From the IMG/VR virus record IMGVR_UViG_3300044957_000926, positions 1 through 60,108 of that record: a stretch of DNA of 60,108 nt; one strand, given 5' to 3'. Of this stretch, positions 47,942-57,588 are shown in pieces. Positions within the stretch are counted from its first letter, which is position 1. The number at the start of each line of letters is the position of its first letter. A model generated the notes under the pieces. It ran no database searches, was not told where the DNA came from, and saw nothing but the letters and a program-made list of their open reading frames with translations. Source of the stretch: a virus (taxonomy: Duplodnaviria; Caudoviricetes). Made by a program: the position numbers and the translations under genes.

Positions 47942-48276
47942 TCTTCGCGGCCGTGTAATTTTATATAGTATTCCGCATCCACAACAATTAGAGGTTTTTT
48001 ACCATTTTTTTTCATCACAATAATAGGTTCATAGTCACCAGAGTTAGATACTGCTTGTTCATACGCTTCCCATACATTTAATTTTTCCACATTTTTACAT
48101 TCAATACTGTGTGGAAACTTTGACCTAGCAGCACGAGCCATAATTAAATCTTCCCCACCAGCACCCATACTTCTAGATTCTATATCTTCTGGATGAATTT
48201 CCAGACATTCAATTAACTTTTCTCTAATCCATTGTTGTAATCTACGACCTTTTGCTTTTGCCGATTGTGGGCGCAT
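47938..48276 (-). CDS. Putative PD-(D/E)XK nuclease / resolvase-like protein
   Basis: SAKAKGR.LQ, MGA.GED, SIECKN.E.LN.W.AY.QA. Confidence 0.7.
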   Translation of the reverse strand: MRPQSAKAKGRRLQQWIREKLIECLEIHPEDIESRSMGAGGEDLIMARAARSKFPHSIECKNVEKLNVWEAYEQAVSNSGDYEPIIVMKKNGKKPLIVVDAEYYIKLHGRED

Positions 48277-48307
48277 AATAAAAAACCTCCATCATGGAGG
48301 TATTTAG

Positions 48308-48466
48308 TTAATAACTTGCGTCTTGATATGGTGGTGGGTCTAGTGTCAGAACTTTGTAATTTTGTTGCAATTCTTTAATTTTTTCTTCCAATTCTTCTGA
48401 TGTTAAACTATGCGCTAATACTTTATTGTTGAAATCGTATATATGATGAACTGGTTCTAGTAGCAT
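48308..48466 (-). CDS. Small hypothetical protein (52 aa, not in ORF track)
   Basis: MLLEPVHHIYD...HSL..EELEEK...DASY; RBS AAGGAGG. Confidence 0.7.
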   Translation of the reverse strand: MLLEPVHHIYDFNNKVLAHSLTSEELEEKIKELQQNYKVLTLDPPPYQDASY

Positions 48467-48474
48467 ATACCTCC

Positions 48475-48636
48475 TTATGAACCACTATTATTTATCGAAC
48501 CAGGCCCCTGATATTTGCGTTTCATTGCTCCTAGAAACCATGCTTCCGACAGACCTTTCGGGCCTTCCCTCAATATTCGTTTATTGTGCTCTGATAGTTT
48601 CTCGTACTTTAGCGCATTTTCTTTCCAATCTTTCAT
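48475..48636 (-). CDS. Small hypothetical protein (53 aa, not in ORF track)
   Basis: MKDWKENAL...ILREGPKGLSEAWFLGAMK; RBS AAGGAG. Confidence 0.7.
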   Translation of the reverse strand: MKDWKENALKYEKLSEHNKRILREGPKGLSEAWFLGAMKRKYQGPGSINNSGS

Positions 48637-48680
48637 AAGTTCTCTCCTTAATTAATTTAGTCGGATGTTATAACAAATAA

Positions 48681-49190
48681 TTAACTATAATGATAAGCAG
48701 GTTTGTTTGTTTTGGATGGCAGCTTTGTAGAACGTACTGAAGTTCCAGAAGTCTCTCCATACCCCTCTGGATGTTTGCCTGGTGTTGATGATCCAATATT
48801 ATCGCTCTTCATCTTAGCATCTTTTCCCGTATAGTGCAACCTTGCTGGTTTATTGGGTTTTTTCGTAATGACCGCCTCCTGATCATGCTCTCTGCCTAGT
48901 TTACGCATAAGCTTACCAAAGCCTCTGTTAGACATGTGAGGAGGTTTGGTAGTTTGATATGAAACTTCACGACCAGTTTCGCCAGAAGAATACTTATATT
49001 CACCTACACCTTTTGAAAAACCAATTCTATGCTTTGCTAAAGCGTCCTCTAATTTTTTTCTTCTTTGTCTATTCTCAGTTTCATTATCCCTCGTATCTGC
49101 AGAAATATGACCTGTTACTTGAGTATTAGATTTATGAAACATCCTAGCAGTACGATTACCTTCTGCCATAAATTCTTTATATGTTTTCAT
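48681..49190 (-). CDS. Putative internal head protein with T4-like capsid-targeting sequence
   Basis: N-terminus MKTYKEFMAE (T4 internal proteins start MKTYQEFIAE); basic; TATAAATA at 49213..49220. Confidence 0.7.
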   Translation of the reverse strand: MKTYKEFMAEGNRTARMFHKSNTQVTGHISADTRDNETENRQRRKKLEDALAKHRIGFSKGVGEYKYSSGETGREVSYQTTKPPHMSNRGFGKLMRKLGREHDQEAVITKKPNKPARLHYTGKDAKMKSDNIGSSTPGKHPEGYGETSGTSVRSTKLPSKTNKPAYHYS

Positions 49191-49245
49191 TTTTTAAAAA
49201 CTCTTTATTAATTATTTATAATATCTTATGAACTCTTACAGAGTC

Positions 49246-49274
49246 ATTTTACAGATAAAAAAAGGGGTTGTCAA
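49246..49274 (-). promoter_or_regulatory. sigma70-type promoter embedded in a terminator hairpin
   Basis: TTGACA-17 nt-TAAAAT; the -35 lies in the 3' arm of GGTTGTCAGGTG/CACTTGACAACC followed by T7. Confidence 0.75.
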
Positions 49275-49334
49275 GTGGTCTTTGTCACCTGACAACCTTG
49301 CGACGACGATAATTGGGTGACCCCAAATTATTTA

Positions 49335-50702
49335 TCAATCAAAAATTCTACCCCATCCATCATTGACACCAGGACACCACCGTGCTTTGAGCATGGATCT
49401 GCTATATACCGTACCCTTACCATTTGTTACGGGACCAGTATAATTATCGTTGCATGAACCATAAGGATCATTCACAACATATCCATCACCGTTCTTACCA
49501 ATAACTACACACATGTGACCACCAGTAGGAGCACTAAGAGAACCACGATGAAGAATACCAATAACTACAGGCTTGCCGCGAGCAAGAGACTTATCTAGAT
49601 CAGCAAAAGAAAGATTGTATGAGAAATGGGACTTGACACCATACGACGCAAGAACCTTCGTCTGAACATCATGGTCCGTAGTGTCACCAATTGCAAATAC
49701 TTTTTTAACATACTCATCATCTCCTTTAGCACCACTGAGAGTGCCTGGTTTGAGGAACTCCAGGCACATTGCACATGAGGATGAGTTGCATGTTCTATGG
49801 GCATCACGATAGTTATCCACCTGGCTAAAGTATGGTACTGCTAAAACAGATGGAATGGGTGGCTTGCTACGAAACTTCTCGATCCAAGCAGCATCTTGAG
49901 ACCCCCCTACACCATCTTCTACGAGGCATTCGGGGTCTGTCTGTGCTATTGCCTCCTCAAGTTGACTAACTGCCTTCATATGAGCGGTATTCCTCTCTGA
50001 GAAGAACTCAAAGAACTTGTGAAGGTTCACTGGACCACCGTTGGCATTACCGTTACGATAAGAAACAACCCAAGGGGAATTTTGCTTTAGATGCTCGGAA
50101 ATCGATGCCTCTAGAAGACTGACTGCGGCAACATGATTTGTATTGTTCTCATCGTAAAACTTAAAGAAATTAAGTAGTACTTTGGACAGTTTAAACTCCT
50201 GTTGTGTTGGTACGTTAGTGGATCCTGTTAATCCTTTCTTCCATAGGTTTCCTTCAGCAGTTCTACGTCGAGCCAATCCTGCCTCAACTGAAGTGCCTGG
50301 ATTTCTATACTTATAGAGAGCAGTTGGTACGTCCTTCCAGTTTGCTTTAGAAGATAGTGCAACATTAATAGAATTAAAATTGACACGATCACCAACGAAT
50401 CCTGCACCCAAATTATAAGCAAAACTTAGGATAGCACCCTGCTGCTCTGGTGTCATTTCGTTCCAATATGGAATTTTAGTTAATGCCGGAAGGAATTGTT
50501 TCTCGCATTGAGAAATGAGTAAATCATCTGCTTCTTGTTGGGTAATCGAATCTCCCAACACAAATGGTGATCCATTTTTTTTACGAGTTGAACCCCAACC
50601 AATTGTGATTGGGAGATCACCAGTTAAAGGATCTGGGTATGCCTTCAGATGGCATCCCTCAAACTCTTTGATTAATTTTAATCCTGCTAAGGGTAAAGTC
50701 AT
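49335..50702 (-). CDS. Modular endolysin: GH24 lysozyme plus C39-like peptidase
   Basis: LIKEFEGC.L.AY.D..TIGWG, F.YNLG, GL.RRR.AE; VPYFSQ.DN..C.SSSCAM, GHM, NDPYG. Confidence 0.88.
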   Translation of the reverse strand: MTLPLAGLKLIKEFEGCHLKAYPDPLTGDLPITIGWGSTRKKNGSPFVLGDSITQQEADDLLISQCEKQFLPALTKIPYWNEMTPEQQGAILSFAYNLGAGFVGDRVNFNSINVALSSKANWKDVPTALYKYRNPGTSVEAGLARRRTAEGNLWKKGLTGSTNVPTQQEFKLSKVLLNFFKFYDENNTNHVAAVSLLEASISEHLKQNSPWVVSYRNGNANGGPVNLHKFFEFFSERNTAHMKAVSQLEEAIAQTDPECLVEDGVGGSQDAAWIEKFRSKPPIPSVLAVPYFSQVDNYRDAHRTCNSSSCAMCLEFLKPGTLSGAKGDDEYVKKVFAIGDTTDHDVQTKVLASYGVKSHFSYNLSFADLDKSLARGKPVVIGILHRGSLSAPTGGHMCVVIGKNGDGYVVNDPYGSCNDNYTGPVTNGKGTVYSRSMLKARWCPGVNDGWGRIFD

Positions 50703-51841
50703 AATTTGAAACCTGCGAATGTGTTTTTAGTTACATCTTGTTTAATTCCACCAATAACATAAGATTCAATCTCTGTTTCTTGTGGAGCATTTTGCATTGA
50801 TTTTGAATTTAACCAATGTTCTGTCCAAGGTAATGGATTATTTTTTGCTGGAATATCATAAATGGGATTCAATCCAATTGCTTTTAGACGACGATTCGCC
50901 ACCCATTCTACATATTTAGAAAGAAGTTTGATATTTAAACCAATCATAGATCCATCTTTAAAAAGATACTCTGCCCACTGTTTCTCTTGGTCTACAGCAT
51001 CTCTAAACATCTGTACTACGTTTTCCTTCTCTTCTTCTGCAATACAAACTATATCAGGATCATCACCCTGAGACCACTTATTCAAAATCTTCTGAGTTAA
51101 AACTAGGTGTTGAGATTCGTCTCTGGCGATGAGTCCGATGATTTTGGCACTTCCTTCCATGAGTTTAAGTTCACCAAAAGCGAATGAGCAGGCAAACGAC
51201 ACATAGAACCGAATTCCTTCGAGGATATTAACGTTCGCAATCGCTCGATATAGTTTTCTTTTGAGGTCATACAAGGTATCTTTTGCTGCAGAAACTCCTT
51301 CTAATTGATGCCGCCATTGATTGCCCGAAGAATAATCTTGAGCTGCACAAATAAAATCATCATATGCTGTGGTTACACTTTTAGCACGTTCTAAAATTTT
51401 AGGATCATCTAAAATGGTATCAAATATATCAGAAGGATCCGAATATACATTCTTAATAATATAAGTATAAGAGCGAGAATGAACCATTTCCATGAAACCC
51501 CATACTTCCATACATGCTTCCAATTCTGGAAGGGAGCAGTAGGGAATAAAAGCCATACCAGGACCACGACCTTGAACAGAATCCAGAAGAATTTGATACT
51601 TCAAATTAGAAGTAAAAATATGCTTTTGCTCTGGACGAAGTTGTTGGTAGTCGGCACGATCTTTTTGAAGGGAGACCTCTTCAGGTCTCCAAAAATATCC
51701 CAATTGTGTTTGTGTAAGTTTATCAAAGTCTGGATACTTGTATGAATCGTATCTTTGAACTCCTAGTGGAGAACCAAAAAACATCGGTTGCTTTTTAGTA
51801 TCTAATTTGTTCGAGTTAAAAACTGTCATGCCTTTTATCAT
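50699..51841 (-). CDS. nrdB: Class Ia ribonucleotide reductase beta subunit
   Basis: FWRPEE, DSVQGR, E..HSRSY, LEGIRFYVSF, RDE..H, APQETE; start at ATG 51841 after GGAG. Confidence 0.97.
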   Translation of the reverse strand: MIKGMTVFNSNKLDTKKQPMFFGSPLGVQRYDSYKYPDFDKLTQTQLGYFWRPEEVSLQKDRADYQQLRPEQKHIFTSNLKYQILLDSVQGRGPGMAFIPYCSLPELEACMEVWGFMEMVHSRSYTYIIKNVYSDPSDIFDTILDDPKILERAKSVTTAYDDFICAAQDYSSGNQWRHQLEGVSAAKDTLYDLKRKLYRAIANVNILEGIRFYVSFACSFAFGELKLMEGSAKIIGLIARDESQHLVLTQKILNKWSQGDDPDIVCIAEEEKENVVQMFRDAVDQEKQWAEYLFKDGSMIGLNIKLLSKYVEWVANRRLKAIGLNPIYDIPAKNNPLPWTEHWLNSKSMQNAPQETEIESYVIGGIKQDVTKNTFAGFKL

Positions 51842-51851
51842 ATACTTCTCC

Positions 51852-54152
51852 TTAAACTTTACATGAATCACAATCTTCTTCATCAGATTGTAACAGATCG
51901 TTGATAATACTGTCAACGTCTTGTTTTACATCATCACCATCTTTTTTGGCATCATAGGTGTTCTGATAATAGCTGGTCTTCCACCCATATTTGTATGTAG
52001 TCAAAAAGTCATTTGCCATTACTGAAGTAGGAACTTCATTATCGGCATAATTTTCTGGATTATACGACCAGTTTCCAGATATCGCTTGATCAAAGAACTT
52101 TTGCATAACAGCAACAATATTAATATAACCAGTATTGCTAGGCATATCCCAGAGCAACGTATAATTGTTCTTAAGAGATTGATACTGGGGGACAATCTGT
52201 TTAAGAGGTCCCTTCTTTGATTTTTTAACGGACAGATAATCTCTAGGTGGTTCGATTCCGTTAGTGGCGTTTGACACAACGGAACTACTCTCTGATGGCA
52301 TCTGTGCGGATAAGGTTGAGTTCCTAAGACCATATTGTTTAATAGATTTTCTGAGATCATCCCAATCATACTTCAACTTATTAGGTACGATTTCATCCAC
52401 ATCCTTCTTGTATGTATCAATAGGAAGAATTCCATCTGCATACTTAGTACGATCATAGTATCCACATGGACCATATTCTTTGGCAAGTTGGTTAGATGCT
52501 TTCAGTAGATAGTACTGGAATGCTTCTGTGAGATCATGAACAAGTTCCCATGCAGGAGGATCATCGTAGTGCTCACCATGACGAGCAAGGTAATGTGCTA
52601 GACCAATATAACCAATACCAAGAGAACGACGATTCAGTGTAGAAAGTTCAGCAGCAAGAACAGGATACTCTTGATAATCAATCAAGGAATCAAGAGCACG
52701 AACAGCTAGATCACAAAGTTCTTCAAGATCATCCAGATGCTTCAGTTTACCAACGTTAATAGCAGAAAGAATACATAAAGCAATCTCACCTACAGGATCA
52801 TCGATATGCTGAATTGGTTTTGTAGGAAGAGTAATTTCCTGACAAAGGTTCGACATATATACCTTATCCTTGAATGAAGAATGAGAGTTACAGTGGTCAA
52901 TATTCATAATGTAAATACGACCAGTCTCTGCCCTTTCCTTTAACAAATCCAAGATGAGTTCTTGAGCACTAATAGATTTTTTGGGGATGATTGGGTCTGC
53001 TTCGTATTGGGTGTATAGATCATCAAAATCATCAGTGCCAAAAGCGGCATAAAGATCAGGGACATCATGAGGGCTGAAAAGATGCATAGATTCATTCTTA
53101 ATGAATCGTTCGTAGAAGATCTTGCTGATTTGTATGCTGTAATCAAGTTTGCGAACACGATTATCTTCTGTTCCTTTATTATTTTTTAGAACTAAGATAT
53201 CTTCTATTTCTTGATGCCAGATTGGAAAGTGGACCGTAGCACTTCCACCGCGAATCCCGTTTTGTGTACAGCATCGGACAGTGCTCTCAAACTTTTTGAG
53301 AAAGGGTACGACGCCCGTATGAGTAACTTCACCCCCTCGGATTTTGCTATTGATACCCCTGATGCGACCTGAGTTGATACCAATTCCTGCTCTTTGAGCA
53401 ACATACCTACCAATAGCCATGTCGCTACTGAAGATGCTATCAAGGGTGTCATCAGAATCAACAAGCACACAACTAGCGAATTGGCGAAGTGGGGTTCTAA
53501 CACCTGCCATGATTGGTGTAGGAATGTTGATTTTGTGCTTTGAGATTGCGTCATAATACCTCTTAACATATGACAGACGAGTTTCTGCAGGATAATCTGC
53601 AAACAACGTAGAAGCAATCAAGATATACATGTATTGAGGAGTCTCAAACAGAGTTCCGTTGCTGCGATCCTGTACCAGATATTTATCTGCAACTTGTCTT
53701 AGACCCGCATATGTGAACAAAAAATCACGATGATGATCAACAAATTCATTGATCTTACTCCAATCTTCCCTGGAATACTTGCTTAAAAGTTTTCCATCAT
53801 ATACATTTAATGATACACCATCACAAAGATGATCATGAACATCTGGAAATGCTACTTTCCAATTCTGTCCAAAAACATGCTTACGTAGACCGAACAGCAG
53901 AAGGCGAGCAGCAACATACTGATAATTTGGATGTTCAAGAGAGATGAGGTCGCTAGCTGATCTAATCAAGATTTCTTGGATTTCCGATGTTTTAATTCCA
54001 TCATAAAATTGAAGGTTTGCATTCATTTCTACTTGTGAAGCAGACACACCACTCAGTCCCTCACAAGCATGTTCAACCATAATATGAATTTTTTCAATGT
54101 TAATAAACTCTATGGAACCATTTCTTTTTTCTACTTTGATGCCGTTGCTCAT
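51852..54152 (-). CDS. nrdA: Class Ia ribonucleotide reductase alpha subunit
   Basis: ATP cone, PTP.MAG, ASCVL, SNLCQEI, MPSESSS, C-terminal CDSC; no intein. Confidence 0.98.
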   Translation of the reverse strand: MSNGIKVEKRNGSIEFINIEKIHIMVEHACEGLSGVSASQVEMNANLQFYDGIKTSEIQEILIRSASDLISLEHPNYQYVAARLLLFGLRKHVFGQNWKVAFPDVHDHLCDGVSLNVYDGKLLSKYSREDWSKINEFVDHHRDFLFTYAGLRQVADKYLVQDRSNGTLFETPQYMYILIASTLFADYPAETRLSYVKRYYDAISKHKINIPTPIMAGVRTPLRQFASCVLVDSDDTLDSIFSSDMAIGRYVAQRAGIGINSGRIRGINSKIRGGEVTHTGVVPFLKKFESTVRCCTQNGIRGGSATVHFPIWHQEIEDILVLKNNKGTEDNRVRKLDYSIQISKIFYERFIKNESMHLFSPHDVPDLYAAFGTDDFDDLYTQYEADPIIPKKSISAQELILDLLKERAETGRIYIMNIDHCNSHSSFKDKVYMSNLCQEITLPTKPIQHIDDPVGEIALCILSAINVGKLKHLDDLEELCDLAVRALDSLIDYQEYPVLAAELSTLNRRSLGIGYIGLAHYLARHGEHYDDPPAWELVHDLTEAFQYYLLKASNQLAKEYGPCGYYDRTKYADGILPIDTYKKDVDEIVPNKLKYDWDDLRKSIKQYGLRNSTLSAQMPSESSSVVSNATNGIEPPRDYLSVKKSKKGPLKQIVPQYQSLKNNYTLLWDMPSNTGYINIVAVMQKFFDQAISGNWSYNPENYADNEVPTSVMANDFLTTYKYGWKTSYYQNTYDAKKDGDDVKQDVDSIINDLLQSDEEDCDSCKV

Positions 54153-55150
54153 ACTTTCTTCCAAACGTTTAATTTAAGTTGTGCTTCTAAACCCTCGTAA
54201 ATATTATTATCTACGATTTGCTGAACATTTACTCCATCCAAAACCATGTCATTTAAATCTTTATTATTAATTTCGGAAGGAAAGATAACGATAGCAAACT
54301 TTCTATCTATTACTTTTTGCATTCTGTCAACAATCTGTTGATTCCTGGGTTCATTATCAAACACAAATATAAAATCAGTTTCATAGTTTGTCATCAAAAA
54401 TGACCAGTCAATATCCGCTCCTGCCATAGCAATCGCGTTATTAATGAACAGACTATCAATAGGACCTTCTGTAATGAAGACATTTTTGGTGTAATCCACT
54501 CCATCTAGATTATAGATTTTTGGTTGGGAATCATCCAGTATGGTAGTAATATACCTTAACTGGGTTTTGTTTGTCAATGCACGACCTTGAAATCCAAACC
54601 ACTTACCACCACTAATAAGTGGAATAATAATTCGGCCATGATCATCATCTAAACTATTAAACGTATCTTTTTGTGAATTTACCCACTCTTTATATTTGGG
54701 GCAGTAATACAATTTACTTAGTTTATCTTTTGGGATCTTGCGACCTAGTAAATACTTTTTTGCGGGGTGTTCCTCATCAAGAATGGAAATTGGCACCACA
54801 CCTTTCTTATTATTTTGAAATTTGGGTTTATCAAATTCTAGTTTGGGGTTAGGGGTGTTTGTTGCCTTTCCAGTGAGGCCCTCTTTATATCGTTTTAAAA
54901 TATATTCGTCATAAATATCATTTGCATTGTCTTTGAGAAAGTTTGCAAGAGTCCTTCCGACTCCACAGTTATGACATTTAAACAAAATTTCATTCTTTTT
55001 CTGATAAAAATACCCCCGTGTCTTAGACTGATTCTTCTGAGAGTCTCCACAATAGGGGCAACGAAAGTTGTATAGATTTTCTTTTTTACGTGAGAACTTA
55101 TCAAGCCTGGATGAAACCAGATTTATATACTCAAGGTCAATGTAACTCAT
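54149..55150 (-). CDS. gp61: DNA primase gp61
   Basis: Zn finger CPYCGDS..CHNC, GFQGR, EGPIDSLF, DNEPRN, KDLNDM. Confidence 0.96.
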   Translation of the reverse strand: MSYIDLEYINLVSSRLDKFSRKKENLYNFRCPYCGDSQKNQSKTRGYFYQKKNEILFKCHNCGVGRTLANFLKDNANDIYDEYILKRYKEGLTGKATNTPNPKLEFDKPKFQNNKKGVVPISILDEEHPAKKYLLGRKIPKDKLSKLYYCPKYKEWVNSQKDTFNSLDDDHGRIIIPLISGGKWFGFQGRALTNKTQLRYITTILDDSQPKIYNLDGVDYTKNVFITEGPIDSLFINNAIAMAGADIDWSFLMTNYETDFIFVFDNEPRNQQIVDRMQKVIDRKFAIVIFPSEINNKDLNDMVLDGVNVQQIVDNNIYEGLEAQLKLNVWKKV

Positions 55151-55545
55151 TTAGAGTGGGTTATGGAGGGCTCTACCTTAGCACCAATATTCCCAATTGT
55201 CAAGATATTACCGAAGAATGTTGCAGAACCAATAACGAGGGTGCAAGCACCAACAACTCCCATAGTGATCCAACGAAACTTAGAGAGATCTTCAACCTTC
55301 TTTTCAAGAACACATAGTTTTGCTTTCACATCTCTAATAAGTTCCATGATTGCTGTTTCTGATCTATCTACTTGTTCCAATCTGTTTTCATGGCGTTCTA
55401 ATATTAAAGCAACTTGTTGATTGCTCTCACTTATTTTATCAACTGCTCTTTCAAGTTTATCAAGCATCTCTTTGGAGAGATCTTCATAGATTTGGAACTT
55501 TGCTTCTAGTATTGAAATTTCTTTGTTTTGATTGTGTCCAAACAT
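55147..55545 (-). CDS. Coiled-coil protein with C-terminal TM segment
   Basis: 132 aa; heptad region, then W-ITMGVVGACTLVIG. Confidence 0.7.
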   Translation of the reverse strand: MFGHNQNKEISILEAKFQIYEDLSKEMLDKLERAVDKISESNQQVALILERHENRLEQVDRSETAIMELIRDVKAKLCVLEKKVEDLSKFRWITMGVVGACTLVIGSATFFGNILTIGNIGAKVEPSITHSK

Positions 55546-55552
55546 ATTGACC

Positions 55553-56164
55553 TCAAACTGCTTGGTTATCTGTTAATGAACCAGACTTAGCTTTTGCTTG
55601 CAGTGTTTTTTGTTGAGCAGCAAGATTTCTCTGCATCTCAGTCTTCTTTTGTTTGAGTAGTGATGCTGCTTGCTGCTTCTGTAATTGGATTCTTTTAGCA
55701 ACAGATTGCTTTGCCTGTTGTTGATTACGGGTAAGTTGTTGCTTTTCTACTTGAGGATTTAGTTCTGTTGAGTTTTCCATTTGTTCTAACACCACATCTG
55801 GTAATCTTTTTAATGCCTTTGCTCTTTTTTTTGTATAGAAATCTATAACATCAGTAGCAAAGATTCTATCAATATTTATAATTTGACTGGAGTTGCGAAG
55901 ATAATCTCTTAGTTTAGTTCGAACTTGTGTTAGATTCTTAGCATATACAATAATATCTCCAAGGTCAGCAATAGTAACTTTAAATGCATATACCATTGCT
56001 GCTTCATAAATTTTATCAGGCTTTCTTTTTCTCGACCGTTTTACCACTTTGGAACCTCTAGGAATGCCAGGTGGTTCTATAGAAGGAGGTAAAGACGTTT
56101 CAACCCCAGTACCAACAGAATTAGTAGGTGGGGTTCCAGCAGATATATTAGTTTCTTCTTTCAT
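55553..56164 (-). CDS. Hypothetical protein, possible processed head protein
   Basis: 203 aa; PTNSVG N-terminus, IYE and VLE sites, Gln/Lys-rich tail. Confidence 0.6.
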   Translation of the reverse strand: MKEETNISAGTPPTNSVGTGVETSLPPSIEPPGIPRGSKVVKRSRKRKPDKIYEAAMVYAFKVTIADLGDIIVYAKNLTQVRTKLRDYLRNSSQIINIDRIFATDVIDFYTKKRAKALKRLPDVVLEQMENSTELNPQVEKQQLTRNQQQAKQSVAKRIQLQKQQAASLLKQKKTEMQRNLAAQQKTLQAKAKSGSLTDNQAV

Positions 56165-56526
56165 TAGATTAAACTTAGTTGATCTTTTACATCATCATCT
56201 ACATTAACATCATCTAACAGATTCTCAGGCCAACGATTCAAAAATAATAAAAAAGTTTTTAAACACGACCAATATTCTCTTTCGAGTTTATAAAGCAATA
56301 GGGGAGTAGCTGCTTCTCCCCAAACATTATACAGAATTATTAAATGATTTATAATTAAATGAGTGCGAAGTGATCCTCCTTTTAAATAACGTTTGAAGAG
56401 TCTCTTAAGATATTTAAATATTTTAAGATCCTCTTCAAAGTCATCATAGGTTACAGATTGAGGATTTTCATAATTTTTAATTGCAAATAATAAAAAATTA
56501 TCCTCATTTAATTCATCAAAGTGCAT
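56164..56526 (-). CDS. Conserved T4-like phage protein
   Basis: F.ELNE.NF..FAIK.Y.NP, F..DL..FKY.KRL, HLI.NH.I.LYN. Confidence 0.8.
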   Translation of the reverse strand: MHFDELNEDNFLLFAIKNYENPQSVTYDDFEEDLKIFKYLKRLFKRYLKGGSLRTHLIINHLIILYNVWGEAATPLLLYKLEREYWSCLKTFLLFLNRWPENLLDDVNVDDDVKDQLSLI

Positions 56527-56540
56527 AATTTACATATTCA

Positions 56541-57188
56541 TCAGGTTCCGAACGTTAGTGTTGCTGCACCGTTAGAAATTACTTCCTCAGTACCACCAGA
56601 AGAGGTGATCTTGACACGGAACTTCGTGCCATCTCTTGCTGCGCTAGCAAGACCAGAGTAAGTTAGAGTTGCTGAAGTGAAACCAGCATAGGTGATTCCA
56701 GCATCTAGAGATGCTGTAATATCCTTCCAGGTTGTACCGCTAGCAGTTTGACGTTGCCACTTATAAACAAGAGTGCCAGGGGTTCCAGTGGTGGTTGTAG
56801 TAAGTGTGAATGAACCAGCACCCGAAGATGAAGTGCTAGATGCAGGTTGAACTGTAATAGTTACTGCTGATGCTACGTCTGCTGCAATAGTGTCATCGGA
56901 AAGAGATTCGTTAGCATTTGATTCACCACCAGAGAAAGCAACTAGATGTTCTGCTCTATGCTTAGTTGCTCCAGATTCAGTTGTATAGGTTGAATAAGCC
57001 CACCATCCAGGAGCGGTAATTCCACGAGTTTTATTTTCGTGAAGTGTTGCCTCAGTGTCATCAACATAAACAAAAGTCTTAGTTACCGAGTTAGGACCAC
57101 CGCCAACTGTACCAGCTGCTTTGATTCCGATTGCATTCTTTGCTTTGTTTTGATTTTCTGAAGTGTCTGTTTTTCCGTAAAGAGACAT
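56541..57188 (-). CDS. Virion structural protein with Ig-like domain
   Basis: MSLYG, RGI..PGWW.Y, then ITVQP..Y.WQ..ATLT..FRV.I Ig-like strands. Confidence 0.75.
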   Translation of the reverse strand: MSLYGKTDTSENQNKAKNAIGIKAAGTVGGGPNSVTKTFVYVDDTEATLHENKTRGITAPGWWAYSTYTTESGATKHRAEHLVAFSGGESNANESLSDDTIAADVASAVTITVQPASSTSSSGAGSFTLTTTTTGTPGTLVYKWQRQTASGTTWKDITASLDAGITYAGFTSATLTYSGLASAARDGTKFRVKITSSGGTEEVISNGAATLTFGT

Positions 57189-57220
57189 TTGATTCTCCGA
57201 CTAACTTTAATATCCTATAT

Positions 57221-57373
57221 TTATTTATGTAATACACTTCTTAGAAATAGTTGAATAAACTCAAGTATTCCATTTGCTTTAATCTTATTTGTTTTCGATA
57301 ACCACTCAGACAAAGAAAGGAGTAACCCCAGAACGATAGTTACTCCCCAGTTGGTTACGATGCACGTAATCAT
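57221..57373 (-). CDS. Small membrane protein (50 aa, not in ORF track)
   Basis: MITCIVTNWGVTIVLGLLLSLSEWL..K.NGI; ATGA overlap with the upstream gene. Confidence 0.65.
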   Translation of the reverse strand: MITCIVTNWGVTIVLGLLLSLSEWLSKTNKIKANGILEFIQLFLRSVLHK

Positions 57374-57588
57374 AGTTTAATGCCTAGATTTGCAGCTGCG
57401 TTTGATACTTGACCAGTAACTTGATCCCTAAACAATGCTGCTTTAACAGTTGCAACAATCGCATCATCAATGCTATTGTCGGTTGTTTTTACATACTTCT
57501 CTAGAAGATCTAGAACAAGTTTTTTAACTGCGGGACTGGTTGCAATTTGCATAAGAAGTGGTTTTACCACTGAGACTACTAATTTCAT
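57370..57588 (-). CDS. Small conserved hypothetical protein
   Basis: VK.LV.DLL..YV.TTDN.IDD; RBS AAGGAGG. Confidence 0.75.
   Translation of the reverse strand: MKLVVSVVKPLLMQIATSPAVKKLVLDLLEKYVKTTDNSIDDAIVATVKAALFRDQVTGQVSNAAANLGIKL

Noticed and set aside
50699-54152. Introns, inteins or homing endonucleases in nrdA/nrdB (also checked psbA and thyX)
   Set aside because: All are continuous and of normal length; no LAGLIDADG, HNH or GIY-YIG motif was recognised.
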